NCBI GenBank assembly: GCA_048938385.1
Contig: JBHLMG010000001.1
Coordinates: 128,001-192,000, forward strand
From: Promethearchaeota archaeon
Lineage (GTDB): Archaea; Asgardarchaeota; Hermodarchaeia; Hermodarchaeales; Hermodarchaeaceae
DNA: 64,000 bases
Reading direction: 5' to 3'
The stretch's first letter is position 1; every line of letters begins with the position of its first letter. Shown piece by piece: positions 10,033 to 19,674 of the stretch. The translations under genes were made by a program, and so were the position numbers. The notes beneath the pieces were generated by a model that saw nothing but the letters and a program-made list of their open reading frames with translations, made no database searches and had not been told where the DNA came from.

Positions 10033-11073
10033 TCAACACACTCTTGGAATGGCTTCAGCCCAAGGATGTTGAATAATTCTCGAGCCTCCAACTTCGGTTT
10101 TCATAACGACTAGTCCGGAGCGTTCTTCCCGTGCTTCTCCAATGATTTGAGCCGATTGTCCATATCGAGTGGCTTTGATAGATTTCAACACAGCTTCGGC
10201 TTTTTCGGCTTCTACCGATATAATCGCTTTACCTTCACATGTAACTTGCAAGGGATCAATACCCAACATTTGACTAGCCGCTAAAACTTCTCTCCGATAG
10301 GGTAATTGTGATTCGTCGATCCACAGACCAACCTTTGATTTATTCGCGAATTCATTCAATGCAGCCGCAAGTCCTCCTCGCGTCGGGTCCTTCATCGCAT
10401 GTATGCCTCCCACCTTCAAAGCAGGATAGATCACTGACCACAACGGTGCCACATCAGAAGTTAGAGTTGTGTCAAAAGCCAATCCTTCACGATTTGCCAA
10501 AAGCGCTATACCATGATCTCCAATTGTTCCAGTAAGTATCAACTTGTCTCCTACTTGCACATTGTTATCCGTAATCACAGCGTCTTTATCGGCTAGACCG
10601 ATTCCTGTCGTACAGATAATCAGCTGATCTAAGCTCCCTTTGGGCATCACCTTAGTATCCCCCGCAATGATACTAACTTGATCTTCCTGAGCTGTGTCAG
10701 CTAATGATTTCAATATCTTTTGAAGCTCAGATATCGGAAATCCTTCTTCAATGACCAAGGCGCTTGTCAATACCACAGGGCGTGCTCCCATCACAGCTAC
10801 ATCATTAATGGTACCAGCAGCGGCAAGTCTTCCAATATCGCCGCCTGGAAAGAACAAAGGGGTAACCGTGTGGCTATCTGTAGAAATTACAACATCATAT
10901 TCTCCAAGGGGCATCGTTGCTCCATCATCCGCTTCGGGTAAGCCCACGCCGTTTTCAAAGCGATTATTTTTGAAATGCGGAAAAACAATATCCCTTAGGA
11001 AGTGAGCCATTGCTCGCCCACCTGCGCCATGAGCCAACTCAACTAATGTTGGGTCCTCTGTCAAAGTAATCAC
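10033..11073 (-). CDS. hypE: Hydrogenase maturation protein HypE
   Basis: LAHGAGG, TDSHTVTPLFFPGGDIG, DPTRGG, C-terminal PRVC. Confidence 0.95.
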   Translation of the reverse strand: MITLTEDPTLVELAHGAGGRAMAHFLRDIVFPHFKNNRFENGVGLPEADDGATMPLGEYDVVISTDSHTVTPLFFPGGDIGRLAAAGTINDVAVMGARPVVLTSALVIEEGFPISELQKILKSLADTAQEDQVSIIAGDTKVMPKGSLDQLIICTTGIGLADKDAVITDNNVQVGDKLILTGTIGDHGIALLANREGLAFDTTLTSDVAPLWSVIYPALKVGGIHAMKDPTRGGLAAALNEFANKSKVGLWIDESQLPYRREVLAASQMLGIDPLQVTCEGKAIISVEAEKAEAVLKSIKATRYGQSAQIIGEAREERSGLVVMKTEVGGSRIIQHPWAEAIPRVC

Positions 11074-11192
11074 AACCGCATTATTGTAAGATGTTCAATT
11101 CCAACGAGCTAAAGACTTTTTCAATAATCGGATATGGCGAAATCTTTATAGCCATTCGTCAAGGTCTCGTCACCAATCCGAGGTTAATCGAA

Positions 11193-11573
11193 ATGCCAGT
11201 TTGGCAAGGTAAATCAAAACGATATCCAAGTGGTTCCCGACGGCGTACCGCTAGGAAACACCGAAAATATGAAAGGGGTAGCCAAGCAACTGAAACCATT
11301 CTAGGGAAGAAAAAACTTCGGAAAAAGCGCACCCTAGGTGGTAACCAAAAACTTCGTTTGTTATCGGTGAATCACGCTAATCTCACTGATAGAGAAGCTG
11401 GAACTTCAGAGAAAGTCCAAATAATCCAAGTGCTAGAAAATCCCTCTGATGTTGATTTCAATCGTCGTGGAATAATAACTAAAGGATCGATTATTGAAAC
11501 AGAAAAGGGGAAAGCAAGGGTAACCAGTCGACCTAGCCAAGATGGCGTGGTTGATGCGGTCAAAATCAAGTAA
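11193..11573 (+). CDS. rps8e: 30S ribosomal protein S8e
   Basis: MPVWQGKSKR..SG, RTLGGNQK, RRGIITKGSIIETEKGKARVTSRPSQDG. Confidence 0.95.
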   Translation: MPVWQGKSKRYPSGSRRRTARKHRKYERGSQATETILGKKKLRKKRTLGGNQKLRLLSVNHANLTDREAGTSEKVQIIQVLENPSDVDFNRRGIITKGSIIETEKGKARVTSRPSQDGVVDAVKIK

Positions 11574-11577
11574 CCAC

Positions 11578-11964
11578 TTAACTAGGGGCCTCTTCACCAA
11601 TCTCTGCTTGGATATCTTTAACGATGCATTCTCGTCCCTGACTTATGTCGACATTTTTCGCACCACACTTGGGGCAAACCAGAGAAGTAAGAATTTCATA
11701 AAACGACCCCTCGTCAGAAACAACTGATTCTACTCCGCACTGCTTACAGCGGGCTTTTGTTGGTAAGGGTTCAACGGAAACGACTGCTCCTTCGGCAACT
11801 GAACCTTTTGCAGCTATTTCCATTCCGAAAAGTAATTGGTCGTGATTAAGCATGGACAATTTTCCGATTTGGAGCGTAATCCTTCGGACTCGAGTTGCTC
11901 CGTGACTCTTTGCCGCTCGCTTTACCGCCTCGATGATATTGACCGCCGTCGAAAACTCGTGCAT
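11578..11964 (-). CDS. hypA: Hydrogenase nickel metallochaperone HypA
   Basis: MHEFS start, two CxxC, GRE motif. Confidence 0.93.
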   Translation of the reverse strand: MHEFSTAVNIIEAVKRAAKSHGATRVRRITLQIGKLSMLNHDQLLFGMEIAAKGSVAEGAVVSVEPLPTKARCKQCGVESVVSDEGSFYEILTSLVCPKCGAKNVDISQGRECIVKDIQAEIGEEAPS

Positions 11965-12064
11965 AACAAGACACTTTGCCACATCCGACGCTTTTCAAAC
12001 TTGTTCCCTTCTCAATAATGCAAACCTTTTTCTCACATAATCAAAGCTAGAAACGCGGTTTAGA

Positions 12065-12367
12065 ATGAGAAAATCAGGAAACTACTACATTTACCCTGCC
12101 TACTTTGAAGTCCACCGAAGTCGACAATCAGGACGACGAGTACCTAAAAAATTAGCGCTTCCCAGCGTCGATTTGAAGCTTATCACCCAAGCCGCTCAAC
12201 GATTGGGGTTGGAATTCACAGTTGACAACCAAGCCCGGTTCCCAGCAAGTTGGTGGAGCACTTCAGGTATCGTAATGATTAAAAAACCACCCGAAGGGAC
12301 GAAAACTCAACTCCTGAAAAAACTCGCAAAGGTTATGCAGACACTCAAGGCCGCTGGAGTAAAATAG
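12065..12367 (+). CDS. srp19: Signal recognition particle 19 kDa protein
   Basis: IYPAYF, SRQSGRRVPKKLA, KTQLLKKLA. Confidence 0.93.
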   Translation: MRKSGNYYIYPAYFEVHRSRQSGRRVPKKLALPSVDLKLITQAAQRLGLEFTVDNQARFPASWWSTSGIVMIKKPPEGTKTQLLKKLAKVMQTLKAAGVK

Positions 12368-12554
12368 TTCAGCAAGATTTCTCCGAGCTCCATGGCTAAG
12401 GAACTTCTATTGTGTCAAGAGAGCGGCTCGATTATCAAAAGATTACAAACGACAAGGGTTTTGCACACAAAAGCAGGATAATGTTTTTAAGTGATGGTCG
12501 GTTTTTCACCCTCTAATCCCCCACGACCCAATTCTAGCCTTCCCAGGAGTCGAT

Positions 12555-12824
12555 CTGCTGCAAGGAATTGGTAAAGTTTTACATTTCTCCGCGCAAGGGC
12601 ACATCATCTTGCGCTTGACTCAAGTCATACGACTAGGGACACGCCTTTTCTCTAATCACTCTAAACCAATTGGTAAAGTGATTGATATCTTTGGACCAAC
12701 GAGTCAACCATACGCTACTTTGAAACCTAACGCAAAAATCACTGATGCTGAAGTTCCTCCTGGGACAACTCTCTTCCTGAAGAAGGCGCCTAAAGGAGGC
12801 GTAGGGAAACGACGAAAGAAGTAA
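12555..12824 (+). CDS. gar1: H/ACA RNP protein Gar1 (probable CTG start)
   Basis: IGKVLH N-terminal motif lies upstream of the called TTG; [13 protein letters not shown]; sits before tfb. Confidence 0.8.
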   Translation: MLQGIGKVLHFSAQGHIILRLTQVIRLGTRLFSNHSKPIGKVIDIFGPTSQPYATLKPNAKITDAEVPPGTTLFLKKAPKGGVGKRRKK

Positions 12825-13738
12825 GTACTTCTGCGCTTGCTAACTGTCCTGACTGTGGTACCACCCGTCTAGTGAGAGACTATTCAAGAGCTCAAATTAC
12901 TTGCACAAACTGTGGACTGGTTCTCACCGATCGAATTATCGATGAAGGCCCTGAGTGGCGGGCTTTTGATCAAGAACAGCGTGATAAACGCGCACGCGTC
13001 GGAGCTCCCCTCACCTTTACTATTCACGATAAGGGTCTATCAACGATGATTGACTGGCGAAATCGCGATAGCTATGGTAAGGATTTAGCTCCCAAAAGAC
13101 GCGCTCAGATCTATCGACTACGAAAATGGCAAAGACGTATCCGAGTTTCTGATGCAACCGAACGAAATCTGGCTTATGCGCTCTCTGAGCTGGATCGAAT
13201 GGCTTCAAGCCTTGGACTTCCTCGAAATGTTCGTGAAATCGCGGCGATGCTTTATCGACGAGCTGTAGAACAGCGCTTAATTCGTGGGCGTTCAATCGAA
13301 GGTGTCGCTGCTGCGGCGCTTTATGCAGCTTGCCGTCAATCCCGTATCCCCCGAACTCTTGATGAGGTAGCTGAGGTATCACGCGTTGGTAAAAAAGAGA
13401 TTGGTCGTAGCTACCGATTCATCGCTCGGGAACTTCGACTATCCATACCTCCTACATCACCAATTGACTATGTTCCGCGGTTTATCAGTGAACTCAAACT
13501 TCTCGGCGAAGTACAAGCCCAAGCCATTCAAATCCTGAAAAAAGCTGCTAACAACGGTCTTACAAGCGGTCGAGGACCTACAGGAGTCGCGGCCGCCGCC
13601 ATATATGTTGCAAGTGTACTAGCGAACTCTCGACGAACTCAACGCGAAGTTGCTGCTGTGGCTCGTGTAACGGAAGTGACAGTCCGGAACCGATACAAAG
13701 AATTAGTCGAAAAACTCGACCTTGAAGTCCCCCTCTAA
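12809..13738 (+). CDS. tfb: Transcription initiation factor IIB (start uncertain; zinc ribbon begins upstream of the first GTG)
   Basis: CPDCG...CTNCG ribbon, GPEWRAF B-reader, [20 protein letters not shown]. Confidence 0.95.
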   Translation, partial: TTKEVSTSALANCPDCGTTRLVRDYSRAQITCTNCGLVLTDRIIDEGPEWRAFDQEQRDKRARVGAPLTFTIHDKGLSTMIDWRNRDSYGKDLAPKRRAQIYRLRKWQRRIRVSDATERNLAYALSELDRMASSLGLPRNVREIAAMLYRRAVEQRLIRGRSIEGVAAAALYAACRQSRIPRTLDEVAEVSRVGKKEIGRSYRFIARELRLSIPPTSPIDYVPRFISELKLLGEVQAQAIQILKKAANNGLTSGRGPTGVAAAAIYVASVLANSRRTQREVAAVARVTEVTVRNRYKELVEKLDLEVPL

Positions 13739-13820
13739 CGGGCAATAAAAGGGCGATTCTTCGCCCTTCTTCCTCTATTTTTGGTTATCTGTTGAAAGGT
13801 TTTTTATTTCTCGGTCCCAC

Positions 13821-14171
13821 TTGATAGATGATGTCATGGAATCCTTCGCTAAGGAGCTCGTTAAAGGAGCGGGAAAGCAGGGCATTCTTCTTGCCGACTT
13901 AGTTCAGCAACTGGGCAAGGACGAAACGACGGTTCTTCAACTCATTGATGAAATGAGTCAAAATGGTCAACTGACTAAAGTCGAAGAATCACGCGACGGA
14001 AACACAATTGTCCGCCTTTTTTGGCATGAAACGGATGACTCTGAATGGGATACCCTGCAAGGCTGTCCATGTTTTATTTGTCCCGACATTAACCAATGTG
14101 GTGCTGGACAACCAACGACTCCCTGGATGTGTAAGAAGCTAAACAAATGGATCCAGGACCGCAAAGGATAG
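13821..14171 (+). CDS. RPC34-like / TFE-beta (winged helix + Fe-S cluster)
   Basis: C-terminal CPCFICPDINQC...P..C..L..W; directly downstream of tfb. Confidence 0.8.
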   Translation: MIDDVMESFAKELVKGAGKQGILLADLVQQLGKDETTVLQLIDEMSQNGQLTKVEESRDGNTIVRLFWHETDDSEWDTLQGCPCFICPDINQCGAGQPTTPWMCKKLNKWIQDRKG

Positions 14172-14765
14172 TTACCCCTGAAACCCTTTGGCAATTAGAT
14201 ACATTTCAGGGCTTCGTTGAAAAGACGATTTTGGTTTAAAGGTCTTTACGAACTGGAAGGTATGTTGAACCTTAGAGATGAAATCTTTAGCTTCTCCAGA
14301 TTGGAATATTTTAGTCACAAAATTACCACCCTTAGCTAACAGCTGTGACGCAAGTTGAAGGCTTAGCGTCGCCTGCCAGAGTTGCCTTTCTCGGTCAAGA
14401 CTCTTATTGCCTGAAAGTTTTGGCGAACAATCACTAAGAACGACATGAGCGGGTTGTTCTAACAGACCCAATATTCTTGAGGCAATTTCAGGATCATCAA
14501 TAGAGCCTTGAATGATTTGGGTTCTAGGGATGGGTTGAATGCGAGCAATATCAACTCCAACGATAATACTATCCGGGGACTTGCAAAGTTCTTGAGCTAC
14601 CTGTAACCATGAACCTGGTGCACTACACAAATCCACAATCCGTTTCGCATCAGTGAAAATCCTATACCGGGCTTCAATTTCTAACAACTTAAAGGCAGCC
14701 CGGGACCGATATCCCTCCTTTTTAGCTTGCCTTCGGAACACCTCGTCTTTTTTCCATCTACTCAT
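14172..14765 (-). CDS. rlmE: 23S rRNA 2'-O-methyltransferase RlmE/FtsJ
   Basis: GYRSRAAFKL, DLCSAPGSW, VLSD, KPKSS...EMY. Confidence 0.93.
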   Translation of the reverse strand: MSRWKKDEVFRRQAKKEGYRSRAAFKLLEIEARYRIFTDAKRIVDLCSAPGSWLQVAQELCKSPDSIIVGVDIARIQPIPRTQIIQGSIDDPEIASRILGLLEQPAHVVLSDCSPKLSGNKSLDRERQLWQATLSLQLASQLLAKGGNFVTKIFQSGEAKDFISKVQHTFQFVKTFKPKSSFQRSPEMYLIAKGFQG

Positions 14766-15942
14766 GATTGGCAGCCTCCTTTGAGAGCCGAATTAACAAC
14801 TCAGTAAGCCGTTCACCATTGACGGAGGTGCGAACCGAATGTGCAGAAAAGTGTGTTCGCGAACAGAATTCGCCGGCATTCTGAAGTTCACTTATCACAC
14901 GACGAAAAGGGGGAACTGGAATGTTTGCGCGATCAGCTAGTTGATGAAGATTATAATAAGTGGGAGGGCCGTCAATCTCTTCGCAAATAGTTTTTAACAG
15001 TAATAAAGCGCGACGCGCCGTTCCCAACTCCATATCTTGACTTTGTAGCAATACTTTCTCTATGAAGGCTTTTTCAGCGAACTTGCCAATCCATAGTGGT
15101 CCAATGAATTGACCACTTGTACTCTTACACTCTGGGCAGCAAGGTTGGCTTGGCGCCAAACCCTGAACAATCAAACGATTTTCGCATTCTTCACAGTGAT
15201 AAATAAAACCCATTTGAGAAACGGAGTTCCAAACAGCTTTATCTCCTTCAGAAGACTCACAGAAAACCCGTAAATAGTGGTCAATCGAGAAACCAAGCAA
15301 AGGGCGTAGACTAACACTTTGAGCCGCTGCTTCACGAACCACAGATCCGATTAGTATGCGAAGAGCTAGCTCGTGTGCATATTCAGTTTTTAATGGCACC
15401 GCAGCGTAACGCTTAATGCAGGTTTGGCGACGAATTCCAACTAATGGCGGTAAGTCGGTAGCAGTCAAACACAACAATCCAGGCGTTTTCAACGCACTTA
15501 TTGCTGCAGTGAAAAACTCCCGAGGAGAACCAAAGGGGTCAATGTCAATTATGGTGAACTTGTTCTGAAACGAAAAATACTTGGTGAGGAGTTGATTGGC
15601 TCCACTATGGTGTACCTCTACTAGTTCCGTAACACCATTCAGCTTTCGGTTTTTAGTAATTAATTCCACTGCGTCGGGGTTCGCATCTCCTGCAACTATT
15701 TGCTGAATTCCAGTTACTTCTTTCGCAATTCGAATCGCTCGTACTCCTGTTCCTGCAAGAGGGGTACAGACTCGAACATCTGTGAGGTTCTGTTGATCAA
15801 TGAATGTCTGCAACACGATAACGGTTATGTCTCGATTGAGTTCGGATTTCGGATTGAAAAACACCGGCATATTGGTTGTGGGGACCTTTTGCAATGGAGG
15901 ACGAAGGAAGGACACCTTACCCTCTTGATGCCGTTCGTACAC
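14758..15942 (-). CDS. trm1: tRNA G26 dimethyltransferase
   Basis: PVFFNP..ELNRD, GTGVRAIR, DIDPFGSP, HELALRIL, GPLWIG. Confidence 0.95.
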   Translation of the reverse strand: MYERHQEGKVSFLRPPLQKVPTTNMPVFFNPKSELNRDITVIVLQTFIDQQNLTDVRVCTPLAGTGVRAIRIAKEVTGIQQIVAGDANPDAVELITKNRKLNGVTELVEVHHSGANQLLTKYFSFQNKFTIIDIDPFGSPREFFTAAISALKTPGLLCLTATDLPPLVGIRRQTCIKRYAAVPLKTEYAHELALRILIGSVVREAAAQSVSLRPLLGFSIDHYLRVFCESSEGDKAVWNSVSQMGFIYHCEECENRLIVQGLAPSQPCCPECKSTSGQFIGPLWIGKFAEKAFIEKVLLQSQDMELGTARRALLLLKTICEEIDGPPTYYNLHQLADRANIPVPPFRRVISELQNAGEFCSRTHFSAHSVRTSVNGERLTELLIRLSKEAANHE

Positions 15943-15943
15943 A

Positions 15944-16915
15944 TCAAGCTCCTCGCCGGTTATGTATCAACATGAGCAATTCCTTCGGGTCCTTAATTGA
16001 CAGTAATTCCTCAAGATAGATGACGGGGATACCATCGATAGTTTCAACAGTTGGGGGTTCTGAAGCGATAATCGCTGGTTTTTCATCAAGGACCTTTGCT
16101 AGTCTAGCGAGAAACAGAAGTCGTTCTTCATCAAATTGTTCGAGACGCTGTTTTAGGTAACTCAATAACACATGGCGCTGAAGGGAGGTCAACATATCAA
16201 AGGGTGTTTCCTGAGTGAGAGTTGAAGAAAATCCTAGACGAGAGAATAATTTTACTGCAATTTTGGCTAAATGTGTTGACTTCGTGGGCGTTTTCCGTTC
16301 AATATCTATCGAGTCTACTGTAGCTATAGTTTCTAGCGGGTTGCAGGATCCAATTATTTCCGCATCAAGAAGCTCCTCAAGGCGAAGGGCCACATCAACA
16401 GTGGGATTAATCATTCCCCGTTCATATTCGTATATGGCTCGGCGTGAAAGACCCAATTCATCGGCAATGTCTCCTCGGGAATAATTGCTGGCTTCACGAG
16501 CTTCTCTGAGTTTGTCTCCATTTATGATAACATAAGTTCCGCCCTTTTTTGCTAAAAGTGTAGGAAAGATATTTTCTTCAAACATTCGACGGAGTGTTTC
16601 CAATGTGATGGCGGGAATAGAACCTCGAGTATGAACTACCCCGTCTTGAAGGGGCTGTTTTCGTGTTCGTTCTCCCACAATTAGAGGAGAACACCGTAAA
16701 AACTTACAAACTTTAACGAGTTCCTCTCGCGTATGCACACTAACATTGTCAATGGTTAGACTCACCTTGATAGCAACTCGGGTATCTCCTTCGCCCACGA
16801 CGCTATCAAAGCAGTATTCCTGCTCAAAAGCAGTTGCGTGCTCTCTCGTCGTCGAGTCGACAAACCCACGAACATTTTCTAAATACTTCTGGTGTGAGGA
16901 CACTTTATGTTCCAA
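15944..16915 (-). CDS. Archaeal HTH transcriptional regulator (COG1395-like)
   Basis: PLIVGER...LQDGVVHTR; HTH LGLSRRAIYEYERG; PFD motif. Confidence 0.8.
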   Translation of the reverse strand: MEHKVSSHQKYLENVRGFVDSTTREHATAFEQEYCFDSVVGEGDTRVAIKVSLTIDNVSVHTREELVKVCKFLRCSPLIVGERTRKQPLQDGVVHTRGSIPAITLETLRRMFEENIFPTLLAKKGGTYVIINGDKLREAREASNYSRGDIADELGLSRRAIYEYERGMINPTVDVALRLEELLDAEIIGSCNPLETIATVDSIDIERKTPTKSTHLAKIAVKLFSRLGFSSTLTQETPFDMLTSLQRHVLLSYLKQRLEQFDEERLLFLARLAKVLDEKPAIIASEPPTVETIDGIPVIYLEELLSIKDPKELLMLIHNRRGA

Positions 16916-17339
16916 ATCCTATTGTCAATGTTGTCGGTAATTTCCGTCTTAAAATGGCTACTTCGGGTGAATAAATAATTCTCGGTAAATTACATTCACG
17001 CCACATTGAATAAGACTTCTCAATTTTTCCTAAGATCTTAAAGACCGTAAATTGGTCTAGCTTCGAACCTCCTACAACATGTGCTCCCGGTCCCAAAGAG
17101 GTTCGTCGTAGCACCGTGAAGGGTAACTGGATTTGCTCATGAAGTTCCTGAGGGATTTGCGCGGCGAGAGTTTCGATTTCTTCACGACGAACGGCACTTC
17201 GTTGCCCATCCCTGGTTGTGAATGCTGGGGCTTTTTCGGAGAGAAGTTGGGATAGGGTCTTCTTAGACCGCGGCATATGCTCATTTAACTGAGCAATTTC
17301 TTTTTCCAAGGCTGATAAAAAACCAGTATATTTTTTCAT
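16905..17339 (-). CDS. DUF61 family protein
   Basis: LNEHMPRSKKTLSQLL, TRDG, LRRKLPT. Confidence 0.75.
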   Translation of the reverse strand: MKKYTGFLSALEKEIAQLNEHMPRSKKTLSQLLSEKAPAFTTRDGQRSAVRREEIETLAAQIPQELHEQIQLPFTVLRRTSLGPGAHVVGGSKLDQFTVFKILGKIEKSYSMWRECNLPRIIYSPEVAILRRKLPTTLTIGFGT

Positions 17340-17342
17340 AGT

Positions 17343-18038
17343 TCAACCTTCACCGTAAATGGCGCTTATGAAGATATGATCAGCTGAGTACGGGTTCAGG
17401 GTAATACGATCGACGATGGTGAATCCTGACTGGGTGAGAATTTTCTCTTCGCGTTGGAAAATTTGTTTTGGTTTGGCCGCAACATCTATGCTTCGCGCTT
17501 TAATGGCAAGATAGATCGCACCACCCGGCTTGAGATACCGTTGTGCGTTTTTTACCAGTATTTTGGCTTGGTGTGGCTGTGCTACATCTTGGTATATGAC
17601 ATCTACGAGCTGAGGGATGATCAAATACGATTCAGGATACCGGGCATCTGCGAGAATAGGAATCATATTGTGCCGAGAAATACAGACTTGAACTAGATCT
17701 CTCAGTACGCGGGGTGCAAATTCAACGCAATATAGCATTCCTTTCGGGCCAATCAAGTCCGACACATGGCTGGCCGTTGTTCCAGACGAAGCGCCAAGGT
17801 ATAGCACAGAAATTCCGGGTGTAATAGCAAACGCCGCTAAGCCTCGGAGTAAGGCCGCTGAGAATTTACTCCGGTAAGGATCCCACACCCTAAATTCTTG
17901 CTCCTTTTGCTGAATTACTCGCTCACCATATACCGTAGCACCCATGGCTAGATTTCTAGTGGCAGGGCGTTTAGAGCCTTCATCCAACTTCGCCCAATAG
18001 AGGCCGGGTCGTTTCTCATCTTCAATGATTCTTACCAT
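17343..18038 (-). CDS. flpA: Fibrillarin-like 2'-O-methyltransferase
   Basis: VYGE, WDPYRSK, VLYLGASSGTTASHVSD, DVAQP, KARSID. Confidence 0.97.
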   Translation of the reverse strand: MVRIIEDEKRPGLYWAKLDEGSKRPATRNLAMGATVYGERVIQQKEQEFRVWDPYRSKFSAALLRGLAAFAITPGISVLYLGASSGTTASHVSDLIGPKGMLYCVEFAPRVLRDLVQVCISRHNMIPILADARYPESYLIIPQLVDVIYQDVAQPHQAKILVKNAQRYLKPGGAIYLAIKARSIDVAAKPKQIFQREEKILTQSGFTIVDRITLNPYSADHIFISAIYGEG

Positions 18039-18043
18039 GTTTG

Positions 18044-19276
18044 TTACCGCCTTTTGCTTCTGGATGTTTTTGGTGAATGAGATTTTCGATGCTTCTTACC
18101 TGGTTTTCGGTGTGAAGTTTTCTTTGGGGGTTTCGAAACGGTCTTTGGCGCTGTGGGGTATTTGCGTTTTACTTCACCAATTCGTAATTGTACATTCTGC
18201 TTGAGTTGTTCTGCAACATATTCACCAGAGTACAAATCAATCCTTGCGGCAATAGCAATTTTACCAGCAAGGATTCGCGCAATTTTTCCACGTTGCCACC
18301 ACGGAGCAGAGTGGATTGGAGTATATTGGAAAATAATTCCATGTTTTGGCGGCTTAGCTCCGGTTTTCAAGGCTCGAAAGAGGGCTTGCTCAGCTCCAAG
18401 GACTTGAACAGTGCTTGCAGGAAGCCGTGCTAGTTTATCTAATCCCCCTGCAAGTGCAATGAGCCTTGCCCCAATCATTGGACCAATTAGTCCGCGTAAG
18501 TTCGGAGCTATTTCCCGCATCACTTCATCTAGGTATTTTTCTAGATGATCTCGAAATACCTGCAATTCAAGATACTGGCGTGCTAACCCCTGAATCATCA
18601 TCATATCTTGATCAGGGAGATCAGCTCCCATCGACTTGTCTAATAGTTCAGGATTCACATGAGATTCGAGTAGTACCTTTCGAAGATCCTCGTCTTTGCC
18701 AATATCCTCTCGATGACCCCCCTCGGCAACAATTCGAGCCAGAGACTGGGCGTTTTCAATTTTATGCGAAGCTTCGGGAAAGTGTAATCCATACCATTCG
18801 CGCAGTCGAGAGACCATTAGGTTTTGAACTTTTTCTACATCATCAAGTGAACTCATTGCCTGGATTACTAATTGGTCGCCTTTTTGAGACACTTCGCGAA
18901 TCGCTCGGCGAGATAGTTCTACTGCAACTTCATGAAGCTCTCGCTGTTTCTCCGGGGTTAAATTGATGCCAGTAAATTCTTGGCGAATTCGCCGCCAAAC
19001 TGCCACATCTTCGTAATGGAGCGCCTTTACACCATAGATGCTGGTAATGTCATCCGCTAGCGATTTCGCTTCTACAAAGAACTTCTCCAGACCTTTTTCG
19101 TTCAGCTGTTGTATAAATTCCGCAATTGCTTGATCTTTAGTACCTTGACGAATCCGATTAAGGGTGAGAGTTATTTCTTCAATAGTCTCACCCAAGGGAA
19201 GCCTCGCAATAATGGAAAAGCGTTCGTCGAGGCAGTATAGTTCAGAGGTACCCCAAACCAGAAATCCATTCATCAA
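18044..19276 (-). CDS. nop5: Box C/D RNP protein Nop5 (Nop56/58)
   Basis: RLREWYGLHFPE, PASTVQVLGAEQALFR, PPKHGIIFQ. Confidence 0.97.
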   Translation of the reverse strand: MMNGFLVWGTSELYCLDERFSIIARLPLGETIEEITLTLNRIRQGTKDQAIAEFIQQLNEKGLEKFFVEAKSLADDITSIYGVKALHYEDVAVWRRIRQEFTGINLTPEKQRELHEVAVELSRRAIREVSQKGDQLVIQAMSSLDDVEKVQNLMVSRLREWYGLHFPEASHKIENAQSLARIVAEGGHREDIGKDEDLRKVLLESHVNPELLDKSMGADLPDQDMMMIQGLARQYLELQVFRDHLEKYLDEVMREIAPNLRGLIGPMIGARLIALAGGLDKLARLPASTVQVLGAEQALFRALKTGAKPPKHGIIFQYTPIHSAPWWQRGKIARILAGKIAIAARIDLYSGEYVAEQLKQNVQLRIGEVKRKYPTAPKTVSKPPKKTSHRKPGKKHRKSHSPKTSRSKRR

Positions 19277-19422
19277 TTTTCACCTACATGGATACTGCCT
19301 ACCAGGCTAAACAGGTGGTAAAAAGATTCCTAATTGCAGAGGCGTATTCAACGCCTTCTCAAGGTCTTATCAGATGGAAATCCTTAAAGGTTAAGATGCA
19401 AACAGCCAGGCAGTGAAAGTAA

Positions 19423-19596
19423 ATGCCAGGGTCACACGGATCACTTACCAAAGCCGGCAAAGTCCGAAGCCAAACACCTAAAGTACAGGGTAGAGTTCGT
19501 GAAACTCCAATCCCCAGAATACGCAACCGCCGGAATTATGCAAAACGCATTCTTAAAGGAACACCTGCTGGACAGCCAAAAGCTGTTCGAAGGTAA
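19423..19596 (+). CDS. rps30e: 30S ribosomal protein S30e (57 aa, absent from the ORF track)
   Basis: Hand translation MPGSHGSLTKAGKVRSQTPKV...PRIRNRRNYAKR. Confidence 0.93.
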   Translation: MPGSHGSLTKAGKVRSQTPKVQGRVRETPIPRIRNRRNYAKRILKGTPAGQPKAVRR

Positions 19597-19674
19597 TCAA
19601 CTAGCCTCGGTTAGAGGTTGGTTATCAAGATAACACTTTTCACACCCTAATAATTTGGAATAGGTGGATGTAGG

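Noticed and set aside
12775-12812. Hairpin GCGCCU/AGGCGU at the gar1 3' end as an intron fusing gar1 to tfb
   Set aside because: Bulge geometry is wrong and the implied 28-nt removal does not reach the tfb frame (3n+2 needed)
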